DNA from: a virus
Lineage: Duplodnaviria; Heunggongvirae; Uroviricota; Caudoviricetes
Length of the DNA: 64,000 nucleotides
Direction: 5' to 3' (one strand)
Virus record (IMG/VR): IMGVR_UViG_3300029718_000386
A program made the position numbers and the translations under genes. Below the pieces are notes generated by a model. It ran no database searches. It was not told the origin of the DNA and saw nothing but the letters and a program-made list of their open reading frames with translations. This document shows, piece by piece, positions 27,875-37,454 of the stretch. Position 1 is the stretch's first letter. Each line of letters opens with the position of its first letter.

Positions 27875-28192
27875 TTAGGGCAAAATACACTCCAAAAAGT
27901 GATGCAAATCAGGCATCGGAATGTATTCCCGCCGCACCTCAGCAATGTCCTTGCCGTCGCGATCATGCGGCAAGGCGTTATATTCTTTGACATAATTTTG
28001 CACAAGAGTATTGAGCAATTCTTGTTTCTTCTCTACCAGCTGCTTGCACTGGCGCAGAGACTCAACCGCAGAGACAATCTCATTTTCCTTTTCTCTGCGA
28101 ACGTTTTCTCTGTCCTGTAAAGCGTTCTCAGCTGTTTTTAGCTGCTCTTCAGTGTCATATAGTTCTTTAGTCAATTCTGAAAAATATTTCAT
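27875..28192 (-). CDS. Coiled-coil hypothetical protein.
   Basis: 105 aa, E/K/Q-rich heptad-like sequence. Confidence 0.4.
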   Translation of the reverse strand: MKYFSELTKELYDTEEQLKTAENALQDRENVRREKENEIVSAVESLRQCKQLVEKKQELLNTLVQNYVKEYNALPHDRDGKDIAEVRREYIPMPDLHHFLECILP

Positions 28193-28568
28193 ATTTGTAC
28201 CTCTCTTAAAAATAATTCAAACCTTTGAGTATTACGATAGCAGTTATCAGTAAAATGATAATCCTACTTAACCATAAAACCCACTGTCTACTCGAAACAC
28301 GCAGTGCATAAACGCACACAGATGTTGTTAGCGTAATGGCTATAAGCCAAATGAGACGATTAGTCTCCAAACCACATCGTGCACCACTTCAAGATGCCCT
28401 CAACGTCTGGATCTACATGCTCTTTATTCTTGCAGGCGTTAACGATTAAATCAAACGCCTTTGCCTTATCGGCTGGCTTCATTTCAGTCAATGTTTCAAA
28501 ATCTTTTTCAATCAATGTTTATTACCTCTTTTGACAAATATTGTTGCACATTTGCCCGTGCCAGGCTT

Positions 28569-28644
28569 TGGGCCCGGGAGTGGGATTCGAACCCACGACT
28601 GTTGGCGTATGAGGCCAACCTGCTAACCGCTGCATTATCCCGGT
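28569..28644 (-). tRNA. tRNA-Met (anticodon CAT), possibly initiator-like (unpaired 1:72).
   Basis: Anticodon arm TTGGCCTCATACGCCAA. T-arm GTGGGTTCGAATCCCAC. A1 opposite G72. Confidence 0.5.
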
Positions 28645-28668
28645 ATATAAGCCGCAGAAGCGGCTGTA

Positions 28669-29031
28669 TTAAAGTTTTCTATCCATATTGAGTTCTCTAT
28701 CGATCTCTTGCTTAATCGTTACCATACGAGACAGAGTGTCGTATCGTAATTTAACGGCACTGACAATTTTGTCGATAACATAAATTTTATCAATGGCGTC
28801 TTCCTTTCTTTGTTTGTCACCATCTCTTGCACAAAGACGCTTTTGAACAGTCGCAAGCGCGGACAGTTGCATCAAAAAGGAATATTGGTTTGTAGTCGTT
28901 GAGAGATAAGTCGCAACCAACGACAAATCGTCCGGACTTTCTACCCCGAAGGGAACGTCATACACAAAGTCTTTTTCAAGTTCTTCCAAAAGACGTTCAG
29001 GGGCCAATTCAAGATATTCTCTGCAGTTCAA
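28669..29031 (-). CDS. Hypothetical protein.
   Basis: 120-aa ORF, acidic N-terminus. Confidence 0.35.
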   Translation of the reverse strand: MNCREYLELAPERLLEELEKDFVYDVPFGVESPDDLSLVATYLSTTTNQYSFLMQLSALATVQKRLCARDGDKQRKEDAIDKIYVIDKIVSAVKLRYDTLSRMVTIKQEIDRELNMDRKL

Positions 29032-29073
29032 TTAACCACCTCACATCTATTAATACCACACATTTTAAAAATA

Positions 29074-29643
29074 CTAAAAAATTAAGGAAAAAAGACAGAA
29101 AAGAATAAGACTTAATGTACTAAAACGCACGACATGCCGGACTATCCAAAGCCACTGCACTTTTCCAATCCACCCGGCAATTGAATATGCGCCGCTACTC
29201 GTTCCCTTACGCGAATTGCAAACTCGACAAGCTGCAGCTAAATTCTTTTCGCAGTTGATGTTTTCAATCCCGGCCCTTTTAAGCAACCATTGTTTAAATT
29301 TACTGCTTTTTACAGGCGCAATGGGAACAATATGATCTACTGTTACTTGGGCTTTTGGCAAAAGACGTCCACAGTACGCACAGAAGTAATGTCCGTCTAT
29401 GCCTTTATTGCATGAAAAAAAGGTTCGTCTATAAGATGAACCTCTTGTGAATGCTTGATTAACTAAACTATATCGCAAATGATGGCGCTTACAGTATTTT
29501 TCAACCTGTCGCTCCATCGACTCATCAAGCCCGTCAATAGATGTACATCTTTTTTGTTCATTTAAGAAGGGCTTAAACTCGTGTAAATCATTTCTGACGT
29601 ATCTTTTCGTTGACCAGATGTCAACCACATAACTGTCTCCCAT
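29074..29643 (-). CDS. HNH endonuclease.
   Basis: CAYCGRLL...VTVDHIVPI...NLAAACRVCNSRKG. This is a C-x2-C...DH...N...C-x2-C-N HNH motif. Confidence 0.65.
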   Translation of the reverse strand: MGDSYVVDIWSTKRYVRNDLHEFKPFLNEQKRCTSIDGLDESMERQVEKYCKRHHLRYSLVNQAFTRGSSYRRTFFSCNKGIDGHYFCAYCGRLLPKAQVTVDHIVPIAPVKSSKFKQWLLKRAGIENINCEKNLAAACRVCNSRKGTSSGAYSIAGWIGKVQWLWIVRHVVRFSTLSLILFCLFSLIF

Positions 29644-29646
29644 AGA

Positions 29647-29877
29647 TTAACTCAAGAAAAACAAGCCCTGCATATATGCTGTCGTTTTCGTACCTGTAAC
29701 GGATGTAATAGAATCACGCAATGCACGAATGATCTCGTTAAGCCACTGCACGAACAGATCAATACCAACTTTACAGAAGTCGATAATATACTGCCACATA
29801 TCAGTTGCAGAAATGCCAATAATGAGACCTGCAAGCACCAAGACAATAATTGCAAAGAGCCATGGATGTTTTCCCAC
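29647..29877 (-). CDS. Small membrane protein.
   Basis: 76 aa with a GTG start and RBS AAAGGGGG. TM LFAIIVLVLAGLIIGI. A conserved -10 motif lies 40 nt upstream. Confidence 0.4.
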   Translation of the reverse strand: MGKHPWLFAIIVLVLAGLIIGISATDMWQYIIDFCKVGIDLFVQWLNEIIRALRDSITSVTGTKTTAYMQGLFFLS

Positions 29878-29947
29878 GAGACTGCCCCCTTTCGTTAAAT
29901 TTGTTACAAAATAATTATAACATACTCAACGAAATGAACAAAATTGA

Positions 29948-30217
29948 TTACGCTTCAGGCTCGTCTTTAAGCAACTCTTCCGCTACCTCTTCAGGCTTAA
30001 ACTTGTCTTCATCATCAGCTAAAAGTGAATTAAGCAAATTACAGAATTCGCCCACACTCACAGAAGAATCTTTATTCATTTGATACCTCTCCACATCGTC
30101 CTCTGTGATGACGTTTTTATTTAAAATTTCACTAACCTCAGCGTGCAAATTCTCACTGTTTGTCATGTCAAAGACTGCATCATCGAGTACCGGCACACCG
30201 GAATTGTTTTCTGCCAT
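29948..30217 (-). CDS. Small acidic hypothetical protein.
   Basis: Start MAENNSG (RBS AAAGG). Very acidic. Confidence 0.35.
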   Translation of the reverse strand: MAENNSGVPVLDDAVFDMTNSENLHAEVSEILNKNVITEDDVERYQMNKDSSVSVGEFCNLLNSLLADDEDKFKPEEVAEELLKDEPEA

Positions 30218-30311
30218 TATTACCAACCTTTACTATAGAATTCGGTCAAAAACCGTTATTAAAATTATACCATTTTTGCGTTTGCGAGTGAAGTTTTGTT
30301 CAATGTGAAAC

Positions 30312-31043
30312 TTACAGCTTCTTGAAGCCTGCCGTTACATCACAAAAAACCTTTCCAACGATCTTCTCCTTGACAACATAATGATTGGCCCAGTAGCGAG
30401 AATCCAAGCTGTTGTTTCGGTTATCGCCCATGCAGAAGTAGCAATCAGCCTTCACATAGTAGTCGTTGTCCTTCTTTTCACAATAGGTTTCCAGAAAACC
30501 AGGCTCTCCGCCGTCCAACATTTTGTCTGCATCATACTGCTTAACTGTCTCTACATTACCGACACAATAGATACCAATGTAGCACTGACCGCTAATCCAA
30601 TTTCCCTCTTTGTCTTTTTCACCATCAACAATCCGAACTTTATCCCCGGCTTTGGGTACATAGTAAGGACCACAAGTGCTGGAATGATCGTTTACAACAT
30701 AGGACTCTGTTTTTGCCTTTCCATTCACATATAGAGTCCCGTTAATTTCAGAAATCACTTCTCCGGGCATACCAACTACACGCTTGGTAAATTTTTTCTT
30801 TTCATTGTCCGGATAACGAAAAATGATAATATCATTGCGCTTTACATTTTTGTCGCCAGAATAGGCGATACGATTTGCAATCAGGCGATCACCGACCTTA
30901 ATAGTCGGATCCATCGATCCAGACGGAACGCTTACATTGGCCAGAAAACAGCCAAACAAAATAGCAGTCAATACAATCGTAGTGACAAACACACGAATAA
31001 CGGAACCATTTTCGTTAATTTTCTGAATGAATTTTTCTTTCAT
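30312..31043 (-). CDS. lepB: Signal peptidase I (S26 family).
   Basis: N-terminal TM. Motif SGSMDPTI (catalytic Ser box). GDNRNNSLDSRYW box. Confidence 0.75.
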   Translation of the reverse strand: MKEKFIQKINENGSVIRVFVTTIVLTAILFGCFLANVSVPSGSMDPTIKVGDRLIANRIAYSGDKNVKRNDIIIFRYPDNEKKKFTKRVVGMPGEVISEINGTLYVNGKAKTESYVVNDHSSTCGPYYVPKAGDKVRIVDGEKDKEGNWISGQCYIGIYCVGNVETVKQYDADKMLDGGEPGFLETYCEKKDNDYYVKADCYFCMGDNRNNSLDSRYWANHYVVKEKIVGKVFCDVTAGFKKL

Positions 31044-31177
31044 AGCCTTTTGTTAAATACTCGTTTGCGCTGTTTTTTGATTAGAAAATACAGCGAAAAA
31101 AGATATTTTTTAACCTCGATTCTTTAATGTTTTTTCTAATTATTAATACCTCAAAAACAAAAAAAGACAAAAAATCT

Positions 31178-31492
31178 TTAAGAAACATCAAAAAAAATAT
31201 ACTCATCTGGGTAGCAATAGCCATCTTCATACGCCTTTTGTTCTGCAAAGTCTTTAATTTCTTTTTTGGAATATTCAGCATATTTTTGCTCTTCTTTGAG
31301 CGCTTGTTCATATCTTACTGACTCGGTGTTATAGTTTTTAGATAGGCTAACCAGTTTTGGTAGTCCGGACGCAATGGAAACCAGCGCAAAAATCAAAGAA
31401 CACAACGCTCCAATCCACATAATCCGGATTGCATAGTCAAGCGGTGTCTTTTTCTTTGTCTGTGATAAATGTTGAATATTATTCTTTCTCAT
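31178..31492 (-). CDS. Small membrane protein.
   Basis: 104 aa with one TM (MWIGALCSLIFALVSIASGL). Confidence 0.35.
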   Translation of the reverse strand: MRKNNIQHLSQTKKKTPLDYAIRIMWIGALCSLIFALVSIASGLPKLVSLSKNYNTESVRYEQALKEEQKYAEYSKKEIKDFAEQKAYEDGYCYPDEYIFFDVS

Positions 31493-31535
31493 AGCATAAA
31501 AAAAGGAGCGCCAAAATGACGCTCCTCAACCCTTC

Positions 31536-32456
31536 TTACTTCTTAATCGTCTCCACAACACCTTCCGCTAAACCAGCCATACCCTGAATTTCGGAAGGAA
31601 TAATAATTTTTGTCGCCTGGCCATCTGCTACTTTTGCAAATGCTTCCAAGGCTTTAAGTTTCAGCACCGCATCGTTTGCATTTGCCTCGTTTAACAGACG
31701 AATTGCATCTGCGGATGCCTTTTGCACGGTCTCGATTGCAGCGGCCTCACCTTCAGCTTCTCTGATCTTTGCCTCTTTAACAGCCTCTGCATGAAGAATA
31801 GCGGACTGTTTGTCAGCCTCCGCCTCCAAAATCTTTGATTCTTTGTGTCCTTCTGCAACCAAAATCTTACTTTGTTTTTCGCCTTCTGCGCGAAGAATAG
31901 ACTCACGACGCTCACGTTCTGCCTTCATCTGCTTTTCCATCGCGTTTTGAATTTCTCTTGGTGGAATAATGTTCTTAAGCTCTACGCGGTTCACCTTGAT
32001 ACCCCAGGCATCAGTAGCCTCATCCAAAATAACTCTGATTTTAGCATTGATTGTGTCTCTGGATGTCAAGGTGTTATCCAGCTCTAACTCACCGATGATA
32101 TTTCTCAATGTCGTAGCTGACAGATTCTCAATAGCAACAATCGGATTTTCTACGCCGTAGGTGTACAGTTTCGGATCGGTGATTTGATAAAATACCACTG
32201 TGTCAATCTGAATGGTTACGTTATCCTTTGTGATGACAGCCTGTGGTTCAAAATCTACTACCTGCTCTTTCAAAGAGATTTTCTTAGCAACTCGTTCGAT
32301 AAACGGGATCTTAATATGCAACCCAGTCTGCCAGGTTGTACTGTACACACCCAGCCGTTCAATCACATAAGCAAACGACTGTGGGACAATTCGAATGTTT
32401 TTAGCAATAGCAATGGCAATTAACACCACCACAACAATAGTAATAGCAATTTTCAT
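31536..32456 (-). CDS. SPFH/band-7 (stomatin/prohibitin-like) membrane protein.
   Basis: N-terminal TM, then the SPFH core (IVPQSFAYVIERLGVY...). C-terminal coiled-coil A/E/K repeats. RBS AAGGAG. Confidence 0.7.
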   Translation of the reverse strand: MKIAITIVVVVLIAIAIAKNIRIVPQSFAYVIERLGVYSTTWQTGLHIKIPFIERVAKKISLKEQVVDFEPQAVITKDNVTIQIDTVVFYQITDPKLYTYGVENPIVAIENLSATTLRNIIGELELDNTLTSRDTINAKIRVILDEATDAWGIKVNRVELKNIIPPREIQNAMEKQMKAERERRESILRAEGEKQSKILVAEGHKESKILEAEADKQSAILHAEAVKEAKIREAEGEAAAIETVQKASADAIRLLNEANANDAVLKLKALEAFAKVADGQATKIIIPSEIQGMAGLAEGVVETIKK

Positions 32457-32462
32457 GTTTTT

Positions 32463-32906
32463 TTACTCCTTCTCAGTAATTTTAATGACAGCCTTAACGC
32501 CTTCTATCGATACGACCTCAATAGGCGTCCCGGCCTTAATGTATTTAACCTCCGGATCTTCCGGTTTCGCACTCCAGATCTCTCCCAAAACTTTAATTTG
32601 TCCTGTACCATCGTTTGCAACAATGTCTTTAGACACAATACCAGATTCTCCGATGATACGATTTGCGTTTAGGTTTTGCGTTCTTTTCTTAATGGATTTC
32701 GCTATTGGTGGATATATGAAAGCCAAACAAAGACCTGATACAGCCACAAACAAAATGATTTGTATCGATGACTGTACGCCACACCAACTGGCAATTAATG
32801 CTACAGCCGCTCCAACACAAAACCAAATGCTGATTAGCTGAACAGTGACAATTTCGATTAGCAACGAAAACATCAAAACGCAGAACCAAACCTTGTCCAA
32901 AACTTG
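32463..32906 (-). CDS. NfeD-family membrane protein (SPFH partner).
   Basis: TM helices followed by a C-terminal OB-like segment (GQIKVLGEIWSAKPED...GTPIEVVSIEGVKAVIKI). Immediately upstream of the SPFH gene. RBS TAGGAGTG before MQVLDK. Confidence 0.6.
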   Translation of the reverse strand, partial: QVLDKVWFCVLMFSLLIEIVTVQLISIWFCVGAAVALIASWCGVQSSIQIILFVAVSGLCLAFIYPPIAKSIKKRTQNLNANRIIGESGIVSKDIVANDGTGQIKVLGEIWSAKPEDPEVKYIKAGTPIEVVSIEGVKAVIKITEKE

Positions 32907-32996
32907 CATCACTCCTACAAAAAAATAAATCTCCCGCACGCATTGGTGCGATACTAAAAATATACCACACTTTTGCATACGAGAGAAATTTTTGGA

Positions 32997-34349
32997 TTAT
33001 TTGGTTTTTACACTCTTCGTTGAAGACCAAACGCTATAATAGTTTTTTCCTCCAGCCTTCTTGTACGATCTAACACGCACATAGTATTTTTTCTTTGCTG
33101 AAAGACCGGTTACTTTCCCGGAAACTGTTGAGCAACCACTGTATGTTTTTGTCTTTGCATCTTTGAAATCGCTGCGTAGTGCATACTGAAGTTGATAGCC
33201 CGTAACCTGCACTGCCTTCTTTGCCCATTTTGCTGTAAAGCCCTTACTTGCAGCGGTCACAGAACTTAAAGATGTTCCAATCGGATTAATGACAAATGTT
33301 GTTGATTTTGTACCGCTATATGGCGACTTAAATGTAACCTTGACTGTGTAAGTCCCAACATTCATTCTGCCCGACGGCATCGTTACTTTATAATATGAAG
33401 ATGATACGGTATTGCCGAAGTTGTCCTTAACCGATACAGATGGATTCTTTGTTTTGCCACTATAGCCGAATACCGTCTGGTTAAGTACAATTTTATCCGC
33501 ACGTGGCAGCACCTTAAATGTGCAGTTAATGTCGCTGGTTTTCTTAGTCGTTTTGTGATCGTTACCGGTATATTTCGCATATGGCCGCTTAAAGCTTACT
33601 GTTGCTAAATAGTTGCCAACTTTAGTTCTTCCCGCAGAATATTTTATCGTGTAGTAATTTGAACTCACGACTGCCCCTCGGTTGTCCTTAACAACGACTT
33701 TTGGCGTTTTTGCTTTTCCGTCATAAACATATTGTGTCGTTGAGCAATAGGCTTGTGCAATTTTACCGTAGCTCTTGACGTAATCACAGCCAGCCGCCGC
33801 ACAAGTCTCATTGATACTTCGTCCGTCAGAGGACTCATTGTACATAAAGACATGCTGATGAGCTGCAATGTTTAATGTGTGTTGAACAGTAGACGCCTTG
33901 GGTTCAACCTTGTAATCATACACAGAACTGATGCAGTAAACATAGTAGTTCTTGGCTGCCGAAAGTTCATAACTTAGATACGCAGCGCAGTTAGCACCAT
34001 TACTTGAGATATTGGAGCCAATCGCTTCTGAAGCAGGCTGTCCATTCTTTTCTTCAAAGATTACCAAGGACAAAGTTCTGTTCGTGTTTGTTGTTGAAAG
34101 GCGAAGACTGTACCACCCGGATTTAGCGGGTTTAAATTTAAACCACTTTTCCGAGTCCGTAAAGTAATTGCCCTTCCTGTCATTGCCACGGCACATAATA
34201 TAGCTGTATGTAGCCGGAGCCTTGATTTCGATTGCCGTGTCTGCAGCGTTCTCATGTGGAAAAATAACTCCGGCAAATGCCGGTGTTGTACTCAAAAGCA
34301 CACAAAGAACAGCGAACATTGCAACAATCGTCTGTACTTGTTTTCGCAT
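32997..34349 (-). CDS. Secreted surface protein with MBG-type repeats and a C-terminal FN3-like domain.
   Basis: Signal peptide (start MRKQVQTIVAMFAVL, RBS AAAGGGGGA). Repeats of the YxGKxKTPxVxVKDNxGxxVSSxYYxVxxxxGRxxVGxYxxxVxFK type. C-terminal KYYVRVRSYK...YSVWSS, which is paralogous to 58720..60540. Confidence 0.55.
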   Translation of the reverse strand: MRKQVQTIVAMFAVLCVLLSTTPAFAGVIFPHENAADTAIEIKAPATYSYIMCRGNDRKGNYFTDSEKWFKFKPAKSGWYSLRLSTTNTNRTLSLVIFEEKNGQPASEAIGSNISSNGANCAAYLSYELSAAKNYYVYCISSVYDYKVEPKASTVQHTLNIAAHQHVFMYNESSDGRSINETCAAAGCDYVKSYGKIAQAYCSTTQYVYDGKAKTPKVVVKDNRGAVVSSNYYTIKYSAGRTKVGNYLATVSFKRPYAKYTGNDHKTTKKTSDINCTFKVLPRADKIVLNQTVFGYSGKTKNPSVSVKDNFGNTVSSSYYKVTMPSGRMNVGTYTVKVTFKSPYSGTKSTTFVINPIGTSLSSVTAASKGFTAKWAKKAVQVTGYQLQYALRSDFKDAKTKTYSGCSTVSGKVTGLSAKKKYYVRVRSYKKAGGKNYYSVWSSTKSVKTK

Positions 34350-34363
34350 ATATGTATCCCCCT

Positions 34364-34978
34364 TTACCAAACGAAGTTTTGTTCGTGTGACCAAAACCCG
34401 ACTTGATTGTTTTGTGCTTGTTGTTTCATTATTTCGAAAGACAAGGCATATTTGACATTCGGCTCAATCTCCATTGTATTTGCGAACCCTTTTGCCAACA
34501 ACATTGCGTTGAACATATGACTGCTCAACTCGTTAAGTGATGTTGTGTTTGTCGAATTGTCGAGCCACACATAAGCAAGCGTCCTGCCGTATTTGTCTGT
34601 TCGTCCTGCATCATATTCCAGATACACCGTCTTTCCCAGCGTCAGTACGGATTTCGTATAAGCCGAAGCTTCTCTCCCCTCAGCACAATTTTGTGATTCA
34701 CTGTTGCTTACGGACTCCGGCGTGTTAACGCCAATGAGTCTAACCTTTTGCTCTTGGCCTGAAGTGTTACTGGTCACCAGTGTGTCTCCATCCACCACGC
34801 GCACAACTGTAGCTTTTTCTGTTTGTGCAGAATTCTGTGATGTTTGCTGTGAAACAGTCACGGTGACTGTAGTTGATTCCACAGGTTTGGCTTCGTGTAA
34901 ATTTCTACACGCAAGACCAATTCCAACAATTAAAGCCACACATAGCAAAAATGTCAATACTCTTTTCAAGATAACCAC
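34364..34978 (-). CDS. Secreted thermonuclease (staphylococcal nuclease-like).
   Basis: Signal/TM N-terminus. SNase motifs VVDGDTL, RLIGVNTPE and DKYGRTLAYV. Confidence 0.7.
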   Translation of the reverse strand: MVILKRVLTFLLCVALIVGIGLACRNLHEAKPVESTTVTVTVSQQTSQNSAQTEKATVVRVVDGDTLVTSNTSGQEQKVRLIGVNTPESVSNSESQNCAEGREASAYTKSVLTLGKTVYLEYDAGRTDKYGRTLAYVWLDNSTNTTSLNELSSHMFNAMLLAKGFANTMEIEPNVKYALSFEIMKQQAQNNQVGFWSHEQNFVW

Positions 34979-34993
34979 ATCCTTCCGATATAG

Positions 34994-35521
34994 TTATACC
35001 ATACTGAGCACCAGCGCGAAAAGAGTACCAATCGAAATAAACGGAACGAACGCCGCCATTTTTAGTTTTTCTTTCTTCCTGATTCGATAAATAAGCGCGT
35101 ACAGAAGATACGAAACGCAGGTTCCGATTAGCATGTATGGCAAATATGTAAACCCTGTCACTAAAGACACAGCAGCGAACACCCAAATATCAGCGCCACC
35201 GATTGCATTCTTGCCCTTAATTTTAATCATAGCCAAAGCCAGAACAAAGACAAAGACAATCAAACCCGTCAATCCGTGATTGATTAAATATTGCTTCCAC
35301 GGGATCTCTGCAGCGTGAACGGAACGCAAATACGTATTTTCAGCTAAAGCACATAATACCACATTCACGATTGCAAGTGGATACAAACATCCCGTCTGCC
35401 AATATTCAAGCTGATGCTTCTTGATGTCAACAACTGATAAATATGTCAGATATCCTAAAAGGCCGAGAGTCAGAATGAAATAAATCACTCCAACCGCGCC
35501 GGTATGAAACATGACTGTCAA
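34994..35521 (-). CDS. Prepilin peptidase (A24 family, TadV/CpaA-like, no methyltransferase domain).
   Basis: Catalytic Asp motifs LSVVDIKKHQL and IGGADIWVFAAV within a polytopic membrane protein. Likely TTG start with RBS AGGAGG. The track ORF is longer and overlaps the upstream gene. Confidence 0.55.
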   Translation of the reverse strand: MTVMFHTGAVGVIYFILTLGLLGYLTYLSVVDIKKHQLEYWQTGCLYPLAIVNVVLCALAENTYLRSVHAAEIPWKQYLINHGLTGLIVFVFVLALAMIKIKGKNAIGGADIWVFAAVSLVTGFTYLPYMLIGTCVSYLLYALIYRIRKKEKLKMAAFVPFISIGTLFALVLSMV

Positions 35522-35540
35522 AATTAAATTCCTCCTATTT

Positions 35541-36137
35541 TTAGTTTCCCTGGTCAGCATACCCGCCAGTGTTTCCAGATACATTATTGGAATCTTCTCC
35601 AACATTTTGTACAAATTCGTAACTGGAAGTAAAATCAATTTTTCCGGTTGAAATTTTTATTGGCTTGTCGGCCAATGCCAATTTAGTTGTGTATGAGATC
35701 TTTGCCGTTACAGTAAAGTCAACCTTAAAGCTATGGTCTGTTGCATCTTTGGTAACGGACTTGATGTTAATGTCATCAAGACTAATTGTGAACCCGTTGC
35801 CAACAAGCTGATTGTTCTCTTCATCCGTTTTAAAGTTCGGGTCCTTCTCGAGAAAATACAGATATTTGTTTTTAAGGGTTGTCCCCTGCTCTTCCAGCTT
35901 TGCCTCAAGATCGCCCTGATACGACCCGCTCTGGAAATCAGAGAGTGAGTCATATGTTTCTCTTTGCAGTGTTGTTTCTAACATTGTAAGAGAATGTTCA
36001 AATGCGCGCATCACAGTATAGTGCGTGTTAAGCATATATACAACTTGAATCATTGTAAATGCCACGAGAATGATCATAACGCAAATTGCGCTTCCGCCAA
36101 TAATGGATGCACGCTTGTTATTTAGAGTAGATTGCAT
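35541..36137 (-). CDS. TadE/pseudopilin-like protein.
   Basis: Short N-terminal leader, then TM (IIGGSAICVMIILVAFTMIQVV). Similar architecture to the next gene. RBS AAGGGGGC. Confidence 0.35.
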   Translation of the reverse strand: MQSTLNNKRASIIGGSAICVMIILVAFTMIQVVYMLNTHYTVMRAFEHSLTMLETTLQRETYDSLSDFQSGSYQGDLEAKLEEQGTTLKNKYLYFLEKDPNFKTDEENNQLVGNGFTISLDDINIKSVTKDATDHSFKVDFTVTAKISYTTKLALADKPIKISTGKIDFTSSYEFVQNVGEDSNNVSGNTGGYADQGN

Positions 36138-36149
36138 AATACAGCCCCC

Positions 36150-36644
36150 TTACTCCGACTTGAAGTAAACTTCACCAACGCCGGAAGAAGTGGCCGACAG
36201 CGTTGTTTTTACGGCCTTGCCGCCCACATGGAACAAGACCACTTGTGCTGAAGTGTGTACAGTAAATTCATCGCCCAGGTTTACACCATATTGCCCTGCT
36301 TTGGAGTCACTTGTTAGCAGCAAGTCATCATAATGATAATAACTTGTATTCTCAGACTCTGTGTGAAAGCGAATCTCCAGAGAACCCGTCTCAATCCGTT
36401 TTCCAAGCTGTTTTGCCGCAGTGTCATAAATTTCTTCGCTTTTTGCATTATCGATTTCGCCACACACCGACACAGTTCTGGCAATATTATTCGCCACGAT
36501 ATTCATGGTGTAAATGGAGAACACGTTGATAGTTAATTCAATTAGAATAACCACCAAGATAACTGCAATCGAGAAGAAGATTATAAAATCCGTTGATTGT
36601 GCAAAAGCCTTTTTCTCTTTTAGCTTCTGCTTGATTTGTGTCAA
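36150..36644 (-). CDS. TadE/pseudopilin-like protein.
   Basis: TTG start with RBS AGAGGTGG. Leader plus TM (FIIFFSIAVILVVILIELTINVF). Confidence 0.35.
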   Translation of the reverse strand: MTQIKQKLKEKKAFAQSTDFIIFFSIAVILVVILIELTINVFSIYTMNIVANNIARTVSVCGEIDNAKSEEIYDTAAKQLGKRIETGSLEIRFHTESENTSYYHYDDLLLTSDSKAGQYGVNLGDEFTVHTSAQVVLFHVGGKAVKTTLSATSSGVGEVYFKSE

Positions 36645-36663
36645 TATAGTAAACCACCTCTTT

Positions 36664-37374
36664 CTAAGCTACTTGCAAACAAATATTTGTATCGGCATTG
36701 TCTGTGTCGTAGTAATAATCTGTAAAGAAAGTTGGACTCTTTTTTTTGAATGCCTGAACAACCTTTTCAATACGCGTTCTCACTTGCTTTTCAGACAACC
36801 CATATTTTACGCCGACGGCTTTATCTGATTTCACTTTATCCGGATCTGAAAACTTATATAACAGCAGCTCCCCATCATCAATAGCAGCCACATCATGCAG
36901 CAAAGTCTTATTCATTATTTCCTGTTCTGTTTCGTTATGGTCTTTGCTCTTTCGACCCAGCGCATAGTTCTGAACGGGAACTGATTTTATCTCATCGCGT
37001 CGTTCTTTGGGAATGTTACCCGTCACTTTTAAAAATCCGGATTTTTTTTCATTCTTAAACGCGATATCCAGGGCTTTGTTTAAATAATTCAAAAACGGAC
37101 CATCCGGCTCACGATAATTGCTCACACATTTCTGTATTGTTACAAAATATAGAGAATTAAAATCATCCACCGAACAGTATGGCAAATATGCATTCTTCAT
37201 TGCTACTTGAATTTTGCTTTTCACTTTACACTGTCGATAACACACCGCAATCAACTCTTGTGAAGCTTTGCCAACTTCATGATCACGAGCGGCCATCGCC
37301 GTCACGTCATCGCTTTTTGCGACCACATATGCCTTTGTATTGACTACATTTGCCAAATTGTATCCGTTTACCAT
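36664..37374 (-). CDS. HTH-containing regulatory protein (sigma region-4-like C-terminus).
   Basis: C-terminal VGVKYGLSEKQVRTRIEKV resembles a sigma-70 region-4/LuxR-type HTH. RBS AAAGGTAGG. Confidence 0.3.
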   Translation of the reverse strand: MVNGYNLANVVNTKAYVVAKSDDVTAMAARDHEVGKASQELIAVCYRQCKVKSKIQVAMKNAYLPYCSVDDFNSLYFVTIQKCVSNYREPDGPFLNYLNKALDIAFKNEKKSGFLKVTGNIPKERRDEIKSVPVQNYALGRKSKDHNETEQEIMNKTLLHDVAAIDDGELLLYKFSDPDKVKSDKAVGVKYGLSEKQVRTRIEKVVQAFKKKSPTFFTDYYYDTDNADTNICLQVA

Positions 37375-37454
37375 AAAATTTTTACCTACCTTTGAAAAAA
37401 TAAAGGAGAACCGTACAGACGGCCCTCCTGATTGACTACTTGTGAATATTACTG

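Noticed and set aside
28290-28455. Possible 40-aa minus-strand ORF (MKPADKAKAFDLIVNACKNKEHVDPDVEGILKWCTMWFGD)
   Set aside because: No convincing RBS and below any reasonable length threshold.
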